Positions 12,901 through 24,900 of a stretch of DNA of 64,000 bases are shown here, one piece after another. The position numbers and the translations under genes were made by a program. Position 1 is the first letter of the stretch. The number at the start of each line of letters is the position of its first letter. The notes under the pieces were generated by a model. That model was not told where the DNA came from, did not search any database, and saw only the letters and a list, made by a program, of their open reading frames with translations. The DNA is from Eledone cirrhosa (Eukaryota), in the NCBI GenBank assembly GCA_964016885.1, contig OZ024741.1, forward strand, positions 237,956,001-238,020,000, in the 5' to 3' direction.

Positions 12901-15900
12901 TGGTGGTATTGGTGTTGTTGGTGGTGCTGGTGGTATTGATGTTGCTGGTGGTGCTGGTGGTATTGATGTTGTTGGTGCTGGTGGTATTGGTGTTGTTGGT
13001 GGTGCTGGTGGTATTGGTGTTGTTGTTGGTGCTGGTGGTATTGGTGTTGTTGGTGGTGTTGGTGGTATTGGTGTTGTTGGTGGTGTTGGTGGTATTGCTG
13101 TTGTTGGTGGTATTGGTGTTGTTGGTGGTGTTGGTGGTATTGGTGTTGTTTTTGGTGTTGGTGGTATTGGTGTTGTTGTTGGTGTTGGTAGTATTTGTGT
13201 TGTTGGTGGTGTTGGTAGTATTGGTGTTGCTGGTGGTGTTGGTGTTGTAGGTGGTGTTGGTGGTATTGGTGTTGTTGGTGGTGCTGGTGGTATTGGTGTT
13301 GTTGGTGGTGTTGGTGGTATTGGTGTTGTTTTTGGTGTTGGTGGTATTGGTGTTGTTGTTGGTGTTGGTAGTATTTGTGTTGTTGGTGGTGTTGGTAGTA
13401 TTGGTGTTGCTGGTGGTGTTGGTGTTGTTGGTGGTGCTGGTGGTATTGGTGTTGTTGGTGGTGCTGGTGGCATTGGTGTTGTTGGTGGTGTTGGTGGTAT
13501 TGGTGTTGTTGGTGGTGTTGGTGGTATTGGTGTTGTTGGTGGTGCTGGTGGTATTGCTGTTGTTGGTGGTATTGGTGTTGTTGGTGGTGTTGGTGGTATT
13601 GGTGTTGTTTTTGGTGTTGGTGGTATTGGTGTTGTTGTTGGTGTTGGTAGTATTTGTGTTGTTGGTGGTGTTGGTAGTATTGGTGTTGCTGGTGGTGTTG
13701 GTGGTATTGGTGTTGGTGGTGGTGTTGGTGGTATTGGTGTTGTTGGTGGTGTTGGTGGTATTGGTGTTTTTGGTGGTGTTGGTGGTATTGGTGTTGTTGG
13801 TGGTGTTGGTGGTATTGGTGTTGTTGGTGGTGTTGGTGGTATTGGTGTTGTTGGTGGTGTTGGTGGTATTGGTGTTGTTGGTGGTGTTGGTGGTATTGGT
13901 GTTGTTGGTGGTGTTGGTGGTATTGGTGTTTTTGGTGGTGTTGGTGGTATTGGTGTTGTTGGTGGTGTTGGTGGTATTGGTGTTGTTGGTGGTGTTGGTG
14001 GTATTGGTGTTGTTGGTGGTGTTGGTGGTATTGGTGTTGTTGGTGGTGTTGGTGGTATTGGTGTTGTTGGTGGTGTTGGTGGTATTGGTGTTGTTGGTGG
14101 TGCTGGTGGTATTGGTATTGTTGGTGCTGGTGGTATTGGTGTTGTTGGTGGTGCTGGTGGTATTGGTATTGTTGTTGGTGCTGGTGGTATTGGTGTTGTT
14201 GGTGGTGTTGGTGGTATTGGTGTTGTTGGTGGTGTTGGTGGTATTGGTGTTGTTGGTGGTGTTGGTGGTATTGGTGTTGTTGGTGGTGCTGGTGGTATTG
14301 GTGTTGTTGGTGCTGCTGGTGGTATTGGTGTTGTTGGTGGTGTTGGTGGTATTGGTGTTGTTGTTGGTGTTGGTGGTATTGGTGTTGGTGGTATTGGTGT
14401 TGTTGGTGGTGTTGGTGGTATTGGTGTTGTTGGTGGTGTTGGTGGTATTGGTGTTTTTGGTGGTGTTGGTGGTATTGGTGTTGTTGGTGGTGTTGGTGGT
14501 ATTGGTGTTGTTAGTGGTGTTGGTGGTATTGGTGTTGTTGGTGGTGTTGGTGGTATTGGTGTTGTTGGTGTTGTTGGTGGTATTGGTGTTGTTGGTGGTG
14601 TTGGTGTTATTGGTGTTGTTGTTGGTGCTGGTGGTATTGATGTTGTTGGTGGTGTTGGTGGTATTGGTGTTGTTGGTGGTGTTGGTGGTATTGGTGTTGT
14701 TGGTGGTGCTGGTGGTATTGATGTTGTTGGTGGTGTTGGTGGTATTGGTGTTGTTGGTGGTGTTGGTGGTATTGGTGTTGGTGTTGGTGGTATTGGTATT
14801 GTTGTTGGTGTTGGTGGTATTGGTGTTGTTGTTGGTGTTGGTGGTATTGGTATTGTTGTTGGTGCTGGTGGTATTGGTGTTGTTGGTGCTGTTGGTGGTA
14901 TTGGTGTTGTTGTTGGTGTTGGTGGTATTGGTATTGTTGTTGGTGTTGGTGGTATTGGTGTTGTTGTTGGTGCTGGTGGTATTGGTGTTGTTGGTGGTGC
15001 TGGTGGTATTGGTGTTGTTGGTGGTGTTGGTGGTATTGGTGTTGTTGGTGGTGTTGGTGGTATTGGTGTTGTTGTTGGTGTTGGTGGTATTGGTGTTGTT
15101 GTTGGTGTTGGTGGTATTGGTGTTGTTGGTGGTGCTGGTGGTATTGGTGTTGTTGGTGGTGCTGGTGGTATTGGTGTTGTTGTTGGTGTTGGTGGTATTG
15201 GTGTTGTTGTTGGTGTTGGTGGTATTGGTGTTGTTGGTGGTGCTGGTGGTATTGGTGTTGTTGGTGGTGTTGGTGGTATTGGTGTTGTTGTTGGTGTTGG
15301 TGGTATTGGTGTTGTTGTTGGTGTTGGTGGTATTGGTGTTGTTGTTGGTGTTGGTGGTATTGGTGTTGTTGTTGGTGTTGGTGGTATTGGTATTGTTGTT
15401 GGTGCTTGTGGTATTGGTGTTGTTGGTGCTGGTGGTATTGGTGTTGTTGGTGGTGTTGGTGGTATTGGTGTTGTTGGTGGTGCTGGTGGTATTGGTGTTG
15501 TTGGTGGTATTGGTGGTATTGGTGTTGTTGTTGGTGTTGGTGGTATTGGTGTTGTTGTTGGTGTTGGTGGTATTGGTGTTGTTGGTGGTGCTGGTGGTAT
15601 TGGTGTTGTTGGTGGTGTTGGTGGTATTGGTGTTGTTGTTGGTGTTGGTGGTATTGGTATTGTTGTTGGTGCTTGTGGTATTGGTGTTGTTGGTGCTGGT
15701 GGTATTGGTGTTGTTGGTGGTGTTGGTGGTATTGGTGTTGTTGGTGGTGCTGGTGGTATTGGTGTTGTTGGTGGTGTTGGTGGTATTGGTGTTGTTGTTG
15801 GTGTTGGTGGTATTGGTGTTGTTGATGGTGTTGGTGGTATTGGTGTTGTTGGTTTTGTTGGTGGTATTGGTGTTGTTGGTGGTGTTGGTGGTATTGGTGT

Positions 15901-18900
15901 TGTTGATGGTGTTGGTGGTATCGGTGTTGTTGGTGGTGTTGGTGGTATTGGTATTGTTGGTGCTGGTGGTATTGGTGTTGTTGGTGGTGTTGGTGGTATT
16001 GGTGTTGTTGTTGGTGTTGGTGGTATTGGTATTGTTGGTGGTGTTGGTGGTATTGGTGTTGTTGGTGTTGTTGGTGGTATTGGTGTTGTTGGTGGTGTTG
16101 GTGGTATTGGTGTTGTTGGTGGTGTTGGTGGTATTGGTGATGTTGGTGGTGTTGGTGGTATTGGTGTTGTTGTTGGTGCTGGTGGTATTGGTGTTGTTGT
16201 TGGTGTTGGTGGTATTGGTGTTGTTGGTGGTGTTGGTGGTATTGGTGTTGTTGGTGGTGTTGGTGGTATTGGTGTTGTTGGTGGTGCTGGTGGTATTGAT
16301 GTTGTTGGTGCTGGTGGTATTGGTGTTGTTGGTGGTGTTGGTGGTATTGGTGTTGTTGTTGGTGCTGGTGGTATTGGTGTTGTTGTTGGTGTTGGTGGTA
16401 TTGGTGTTGTTGGTGGTGTTGGTGGTATTGGTGTTGTTGGTGGTGTTGGTGGTATTTCTGTTGTTGGTGGTGCTGGTGGTATTGGTGTTGTTGGTGGTGT
16501 TGGTGGTATTGGTGTTGTTGGTGGTGTTGGTGGTATTTCTGTTGTTGGTGGTGCTGGTGGTATTGGTGTTGTTGTTGGTGCTGGTGGTATTGGTGTTGTT
16601 GGTGGTGCTGGTGGTATTGGTGTTGTTGGTGGTGTTGGTGGTATTGGTGTTCTTGTTGGTGTTGGTGGTATTGGTGTTGGTGGTGGTGCTGGTGGTATTG
16701 GTGATGTTGGTGGTGTTGGTATTGGTGTTGTTGGTGGTGTTGGTGGTATTGGTGTTGTTGTTGGTGTTGGTGGTATTGGTGTTGTTGGTGGTGTTGGTGG
16801 TATTGGTGTTGTTGGTGGTGCTGGTGGTATTGGTGATGTTGGTGGTGCTGGTGGTATTGGTGGTATTGGTGATGTTGTTGGTGTTGGTGATATTGGTGTT
16901 GTTGGTGGTGTTGGTGGTATTGGTGTTGTTGGTGGTGCTGGTGGTATTGGTGTTGTTGGTGGTGTTGGTGGTATTGGTGTTGTTGGTGGTATTGGTGGTA
17001 TTGGTGTTGTTGGTGGTGTTGGTGGTATTGGTGTTGGTGGTGGTGCTGGTGGTATTGGTGATGTTGGTGGTGTTGGTGGTATTACTGTTGTTGGTGGTGC
17101 TGGTGGTATTGGTGTTGTCGTTGGTGTTGGTGGTATTGGTGTTGTTATTGGTGTTGGTGGTATTGGTGTTGTTGGTGGTGTTGGTGGTATTGGTGTTGTT
17201 GGTGCTGGTGGTATTGGTGTTGTTGGTGGTGTTGGTGGTATTGGTGTTGTTGGTGGTGGTGGTGGTATTGGTGTTGTTATTGGTGTTGTTGGTATTGGTG
17301 TTGTTGTTGGTGTTGGTGGTATTGGTGTTGTTGGTGGTGTTGGTGGTATTGGTGTTGTTGGTGCTGGTGGTATTGGTGTTGTTGGTGGTGTTGGTGGTAT
17401 TGGTGTTGTTGGTGGTGGTGGTGGTATTGGTGTTGTTGTTGGTGGTGGTGGTATTGGTGTTGTTGGTGGTGTTGGTGGTATTGGTGTTGTTGTTGGTGTT
17501 GGTGGTATTGGTGATGTTGGTGGTGTTGGTGGTATTGGTGTTGTTGGTGGTGTTGGTGGTATTGGTGTTGGTGGTGCTGGTGGTATTGGTGGTATTGGTG
17601 TTGTTGTTGGTGTTGGTGGTATTGGTGATGTTGGTGGTGTTGGTGGTATTGGTGTTGTTGGTGTTGGTGGTATTGGTGATGTTGGTGGTGTTGGTGGTTT
17701 TTGGTGTTGTTGGTGGTGTTGGTGGTATTGGTGTTGTTGGTGGTGTTGGTGGTATTGGTGATGTTGGTGTTGTTGGTGGTATTGGTGTTGTTGGTGTTGG
17801 TGGTATTGGTGATGTTGGTGGTGTTGGTGGTTTTTGGTGTTGTTGGTGGTGTTGGTGGTATTGGTGTTGTTGGTGGTGCTGGTGGTATTGGTGTTGTTGT
17901 TGGTGCTGGTGGTATTGGTGGTGTTGGTGTTGGTGGTATTGGTGTTGTTGGTGGTGGTGGTGGTATTGGTGTTGTTGGTGGTGTTGGTGGTATTGGTGTT
18001 GTTGTTGGTGTTGGTGGTATTGGTGTTGTTGGTGGTGTTGGTGGTATTGGTGTTGTTGGTGGTGCTGGTGGTATTGGTGTTGTTGGTGGTGCTGGTGGTA
18101 TTGGTGTTGTTGGTGGTGTTGGTGGTATTGGTGTTGTTGGTGGTGCTGGTGGTATTGGTGTTGTTGGTGGTGTTGGTGGTATTGGTGTTGTTGTTGGGGT
18201 TGGTGTTGGTGGTGTTGGTGTTGTTGGTGGTGTTGGTGGTATTGGTGTTGTTGGTGGTGCTGGTGGTATTGGTGTTGTTGTTGGGGTTGGTGTTGGTGGT
18301 ATTGGTGTTGTTGGTGGTGTTGGTGGTATTGGTGTTGTTGGTGGTGCTGGTGGTATTGGTGTTGTTGGTGGTGTTGGTGGTATTGGTGTTGTTGGTGGTG
18401 CTGGTGGTATTGGTGTTGTTGGTGGTGCTGGTGGTATTGGTGTTGTTGGTGGTGTTGGTGGTATTGGTGTTGTTGTTGGGGTTGGTGTTGGTGGTATTGG
18501 TGTTGTTGGTGGTGTTGGTGGTATTGGTGTTGTTGGTGGTGCTGGTGGTATTGGTGTTGTTGGTGGTGTTGGTGGTATTGGTGTTGTTGGTGGTGCTGGT
18601 GGTATTGGTGTTGTTGGTGGTGTTGGTGGTATTGGTGTTGTTGTTGGGGTTGGTGTTGGTGGTGTTGGTGTTGTTGGTGGTGTTGGTGGTATTGGTGTTG
18701 TTGGTGGTGTTGGTGGTATTGGTGTTGTTGTTGGGGTTGGTGTTGGTGGTGTTGGTGTTGTTGGTGGTGTTGGTGGTATTGGTGTTGTTGTTGGTGCTGG
18801 TGGTATTGGTGTTGTTGGTGGTGTTGGCGGTATTGGTGTTGTTGGTGGTGTTGGTGGTATTGGTGTTGTTGGTGGTGCTGGTGGTATTGGTGTTGTTGGT

Positions 18901-21900
18901 GGTGCTGGTGGTATTGGTGTTGTTGGTGGTGCTGGTGGTATTGGTGTTGTTGGTGGTGTTGGTGGTATTGGTGTTGTTGGTGGTGTTGGTGGTATTGGTG
19001 TTGTTGTTGGTGTTGGTGGTATTGGTGTTGTTGGTGGTGCTGGTGGTATTGGTGTTGTTGGTGGTGTTGGTGGTATTGGTGTTGTTGGTAGTGTTGGTGG
19101 TATTGGTGTTGTTGTTGGTGTTGGTGGTATTGGTGTTGTTGTTGGTGTTGGTGGTATTGGTGTTGTTGGTAGTGTTGGTGGTATTGGTGTTGTTGTTGGT
19201 GCTGGTGGTATTGGTGTTGTTGTTGGTGCTGGTGGTATTGGTGATGTTGGTGCTGGTGGTATTGGTGTTGTTGGTGGTGCTGGTGGTATTGGTGTTGTTG
19301 GTGGTGCTGGTGGTATTGGTGATGTTGGTGCTGGTGGTATTGGTGTTGTTGGTGGTGCTGGTGGTATTGGTGTTGTTGGTGGTGCTGGTGGTATTGGTGT
19401 TGTTGTTGGTGCTGGTGGTATTGGTGATGTTGGTGCTGGTGGTATTGGTGTTGTTGGTGGTGCTGGTGGTATTGGTGTTGTTGGTGGTGCTGGTGGTATT
19501 GGTGTTGTTGTTGGTGCTGGTGGTATTGGTGATGTTGGTGCTGGTGGTATTGGTGTTGTTGGTGGTGCTGGTGGTATTGGTGTTGTTGGTGGTGCTGGTG
19601 GTATTGGTGTTGTTGTTGGTGTTGGTGGTATTGGTGTTGTTGTTGGTGCTGGTGGTATTGGTGTTGTTGTTGGTGTTGGTGGTATTGGTGTTGTTGGTGG
19701 TGCTGGTGGTATTGGTGTTGTTGGTGGTGCTGGTGGTATTGGTGTTGTTGTTGGTGCAGGTGGTATTGGTGTTGTTGGTGGTGCTGGTGGTATTGGTGTT
19801 GTTGTTGGTACTGGTGTTGTTGGTGGTGCTGGTGGTATTGGTGTTGTTGGTGGTGTTGGTGGTATTGGTGTTGTTGGTGCTGGTGGTATTGGTGTTGTTG
19901 GTGGTGTTGGTGGTATTGGTGTTGTTGGTGGTGTTGGTGGTATTGGTGTTGTTGGTGGTGTTGGTGGTATTGGTGTTGTTGGTATTGTTGGTGGTATTGG
20001 TGTTGTTGGTGGTGCTGGTGGTATTGGTGTTGTTGGTGGTGTTGGTGGTATTGGTGTTGTTGTTGGTGTTGGTGGTATTGGTGTTGTTGATGGTGTTGGT
20101 GGTATTGGTGTTGTTGGTGGTGTTGGTGGTATTGGTGTTGTTGGTGGTGTTGGTGGTATTGGTGTTGTTGGTGGTGTTGGTGGTATTTCTGTTGTTGGTG
20201 GTGTTGGTTGTATTGGTGTTGTTGGTGGTGTTGGTGGTATTTCTGCTGTTGGTGGTGCTGGTGGTATTGGTGTTGTTGGTGGTGTTGGTGGTATTGGTGT
20301 TGTTGGTGGTGTTGGTGGTATTTCTGCTGTTGGTGGTGCTGGTGGTATTGGTGTTGTTGGTGGTGTTGGTGGTATTGGTGTTGTTGGTGGTGTTGGTGGT
20401 ATTGGTGTTGTTGGTGGTGTTGGTGGTATTTCTGCTGTTGGTGGTGCTGGTGGTATTGGTGTTGTTGGTGGTGCTGGTGGTATTGGTGTTGTTGGTGGTG
20501 TTGGTGGTATTGGTGTTGTTGGTGTTGGTGGTATTGGTGTTGTTGGTGGTGTTGGTGGTATTGGTGTTGTTGGTGGTGTTGGTGGTATTTCTGTTGTTGG
20601 TGGTGATGGTGGTATTGGTGTTGTTGGTGGTGATGGTGGTATTGGTGTTGTTGGTGGTGTTGGTGGTATTGGTGTTGTTGGTGGTGTTGGTGGTATTTCT
20701 GTTGTTGGTGGTGCTGGTCGTATTGGTGTTGTTGGTGGTGTTGGTGGTATTGGTGTTGTTGGTGGTGTTGGTGGTATTTCTGTTGTTGGTGGTGTTGGTT
20801 GTATTGGTGTTGTTGGTGGTGTTGGTGGTATTTCTGTTGTTGGTGGTGCTGGTGGTATTGGTGTTGTTGTTGGTGTTGGTGGTATTGGTGTTGTTGGTGG
20901 TGCTGGTGGTATTGGTGTTGTTGGTGGTGTTGGTGGTATTGGTGATGTTGGTGGTGTTGGTGGTATTGGTGTTGTTGTTGGTGTTGGTGGTATTGGTGAT
21001 GTTGGTGGTGTTGGTGGTATTGGTGTTGGTGGTGGTGTTGGTGGTATTGGTGTTGTTGTTGGTGTTGGTGGTATTGGTGTTGTTGTTGGTGTTGGTGGTA
21101 TTGGTGCTGTTGTTGGTGTTGGTGGTATTGGTGTTGGTGGTGCTGGTGGTATTGGGGGTATTGGTGTTGTTGTTGGTGTTGGTGGTATTGGTGATGTTGG
21201 TGGTGTTGGTGGTATTGGTGTTGTTGGTGGTATTGGTGTTGTTGGTGTTGCTGGTGGTATTGGTGTTGTTGTTGGTGCTGGTAGTATTGGTGTTGTTGGT
21301 GGTGCTGGTGGTATTGGTGTTGTTGTTGGTGTTGGTGGTATTGGTGATGTTGGTGGTGTTGGTGGTATTGGTGTTGTTGGTGGTATTGGTGTTGTTGGTG
21401 TTGCTGGTGGTATTGGTGTTGTTGTTGGTGCTGGTGGTATTGGTGTTGTTGGTGGTGCTGGTGGTATTGGTGTTGTTGGTGGTGTTAGTGGTATTGGTGT
21501 TGTTGGTGGTGTTGGTGGTATTTCTGTTGTTGGTGGTGCTGGTGGTATTGGTGTTGTTGGTGGTGTTGGTGGTATTGGTGTTGTTGGTGGTGTTGGTGGT
21601 ATTTCTGTTGTTGGTGGTGCTGGTGGTATTGGTGTTGTTGTTGGTGCTGGTGGTATTGGTGTTGTTGGTGGTGCTGGTGGTATTGGTGTTGTTGGTGGTG
21701 TTGGTGGTATTGGTGTTCTTGTTGGTGTTGGTGGTATTGGTGTTGGTGGTGGTGCTGGTGGTATTGGTGATGTTGGTGGTGTTGGTATTGGTGTTGTTGG
21801 TGGTGTTGGTGGTATTGGTGTTGTTGGTGGTGTTGGTGGTATTTCTGTTGTTGGTGGTGCTGGTGGTATTGGTGTTCTTGTTGGTGTTGGTGGTATTGGT

Positions 21901-24900
21901 GTTGTTGGTGGTGCTGGTGGTATTGGTGTTGTTGGTGGTGTTGGTGGTATTGGTGTTGTTGGTGGTGCTGGTGGTATTGGTGTTGTTGTTGGTGCTGGTG
22001 GTATTGGTGATGTTGGTGCTGGTGGTATTGGTGTTGTTGGTGGTGCTGGTGGTATTGGTGTTGTTGGTGGTGCTGGTGGTATTGGTGATGTTGGTGCTGG
22101 TGGTATTGGTGTTGTTGGTGGTGCTGGTGGTATTGGTGTTGTTGGTGGTGCTGGTGGTATTGGTGTTGTTGTTGGTGCTGGTGGTATTGGTGATGTTGGT
22201 GCTGGTGGTATTGGTGTTGTTGGTGGTGCTGGTGGTATTGGTGTTGTTGGTGGTGCTGGTGGTATTGGTGTTGTTGTTGGTGCTGGTGGTATTGGTGATG
22301 TTGGTGCTGGTGGTATTGGTGTTGTTGGTGGTGCTGGTGGTATTGGTGTTGTTGGTGGTGCTGGTGGTATTGGTGTTGTTGTTGGTGTTGGTGGTATTGG
22401 TGTTGTTGTTGGTGCTGGTGGTATTGGTGTTGTTGTTGGTGTTGGTGGTATTGGTGTTGTTGGTGGTGCTGGTGGTATTGGTGTTGTTGGTGGTGCTGGT
22501 GGTATTGGTGTTGTTGTTGGTGCAGGTGGTATTGGTGTTGTTGGTGGTGCTGGTGGTATTGGTGTTGTTGTTGGTACTGGTGTTGTTGGTGGTGCTGGTG
22601 GTATTGGTGTTGTTGGTGGTGTTGGTGGTATTGGTGTTGTTGGTGCTGGTGGTATTGGTGTTGTTGGTGGTGTTGGTGGTATTGGTGTTGTTGGTGGTGT
22701 TGGTGGTATTGGTGTTGTTGGTGGTGTTGGTGGTATTGGTGTTGTTGGTATTGTTGGTGGTATTGGTGTTGTTGGTGGTGCTGGTGGTATTGGTGTTGTT
22801 GGTGGTGTTGGTGGTATTGGTGTTGTTGTTGGTGTTGGTGGTATTGGTGTTGTTGATGGTGTTGGTGGTATTGGTGTTGTTGGTGGTGTTGGTGGTATTG
22901 GTGTTGTTGGTGGTGTTGGTGGTATTGGTGTTGTTGGTGGTGTTGGTGGTATTTCTGTTGTTGGTGGTGTTGGTTGTATTGGTGTTGTTGGTGGTGTTGG
23001 TGGTATTTCTGCTGTTGGTGGTGCTGGTGGTATTGGTGTTGTTGGTGGTGTTGGTGGTATTGGTGTTGTTGGTGGTGTTGGTGGTATTTCTGCTGTTGGT
23101 GGTGCTGGTGGTATTGGTGTTGTTGGTGGTGTTGGTGGTATTGGTGTTGTTGGTGGTGTTGGTGGTATTGGTGTTGTTGGTGGTGTTGGTGGTATTTCTG
23201 CTGTTGGTGGTGCTGGTGGTATTGGTGTTGTTGGTGGTGCTGGTGGTATTGGTGTTGTTGGTGGTGTTGGTGGTATTGGTGTTGTTGGTGTTGGTGGTAT
23301 TGGTGTTGTTGGTGGTGTTGGTGGTATTGGTGTTGTTGGTGGTGTTGGTGGTATTTCTGTTGTTGGTGGTGATGGTGGTATTGGTGTTGTTGGTGGTGTT
23401 GGTGGTATTGGTGTTGTTGGTGGTGTTGGTGGTATTTCTGTTGTTGGTGGTGCTGGTCGTATTGGTGTTGTTGGTGGTGTTGGTGGTATTGGTGTTGTTG
23501 GTGGTGTTGGTGGTATTTCTGTTGTTGGTGGTGTTGGTTGTATTGGTGTTGTTGGTGGTGTTGGTGGTATTTCTGTTGTTGGTGGTGCTGGTGGTATTGG
23601 TGTTGTTGTTGGTGTTGGTGGTATTGGTGTTGTTGGTGGTGCTGGTGGTATTGGTGTTGTTGGTGGTGTTGGTGGTATTGGTGATGTTGGTGGTGTTGGT
23701 GGTATTGGTGTTGTTGTTGGTGTTGGTGGTATTGGTGATGTTGGTGGTGTTGGTGGTATTGGTGTTGGTGGTGGTGTTGGTGGTATTGGTGTTGTTGTTG
23801 GTGTTGGTGGTATTGGTGTTGTTGTTGGTGTTGGTGGTATTGGTGCTGTTGTTGGTGTTGGTGGTATTGGTGTTGGTGGTGCTGGTGGTATTGGGGGTAT
23901 TGGTGTTGTTGTTGGTGTTGGTGGTATTGGTGATGTTGGTGGTGTTGGTGGTATTGGTGTTGTTGGTGGTATTGGTGTTGTTGGTGTTGCTGGTGGTATT
24001 GGTGTTGTTGTTGGTGCTGGTAGTATTGGTGTTGTTGGTGGTGCTGGTGGTATTGGTGTTGTTGTTGGTGTTGGTGGTATTGGTGATGTTGGTGGTGTTG
24101 GTGGTATTGGTGTTGTTGGTGGTATTGGTGTTGTTGGTGTTGCTGGTGGTATTGGTGTTGTTGTTGGTGCTGGTGGTATTGGTGTTGTTGGTGGTGCTGG
24201 TGGTATTGGTGTTGTTGGTGGTGTTAGTGGTATTGGTGTTGTTGGTGGTGTTGGTGGTATTTCTGTTGTTGGTGGTGCTGGTGGTATTGGTGTTGTTGGT
24301 GGTGTTGGTGGTATTGGTGTTGTTGGTGGTGTTGGTGGTATTTCTGTTGTTGGTGGTGCTGGTGGTATTGGTGTTGTTGTTGGTGCTGGTGGTATTGGTG
24401 TTGTTGGTGGTGCTGGTGGTATTGGTGTTGTTGGTGGTGTTGGTGGTATTGGTGTTCTTGTTGGTGTTGGTGGTATTGGTGTTGGTGGTGGTGCTGGTGG
24501 TATTGGTGATGTTGGTGGTGTTGGTATTGGTGTTGTTGGTGGTGTTGGTGGTATTGGTGTTGTTGGTGGTGTTGGTGGTATTTCTGTTGTTGGTGGTGCT
24601 GGTGGTATTGGTGTTCTTGTTGGTGTTGGTGGTATTGGTGTTGTTGGTGGTGCTGGTGGTATTGGTGTTGTTGGTGGTGTTGGTGGTATTGGTGTTGTTG
24701 GTGGTGTTGGTGGTATTTCTGTTGTTGGTGGTGCTGGTGGTATTGGTGTTGTTGGTGGTGTTGGTGGTATTGGTGTTGTTGGTGGTGTTGGTGGTATTTC
24801 TGTTGTTGGTGGTGCTGGTGGTATTGGTGTTGTTGTTGGTGCTGGTGGTATTGGTGTTGTTGGTGGTGCTGGTGGTATTGGTGTTGTTGGTGGTGTTGGT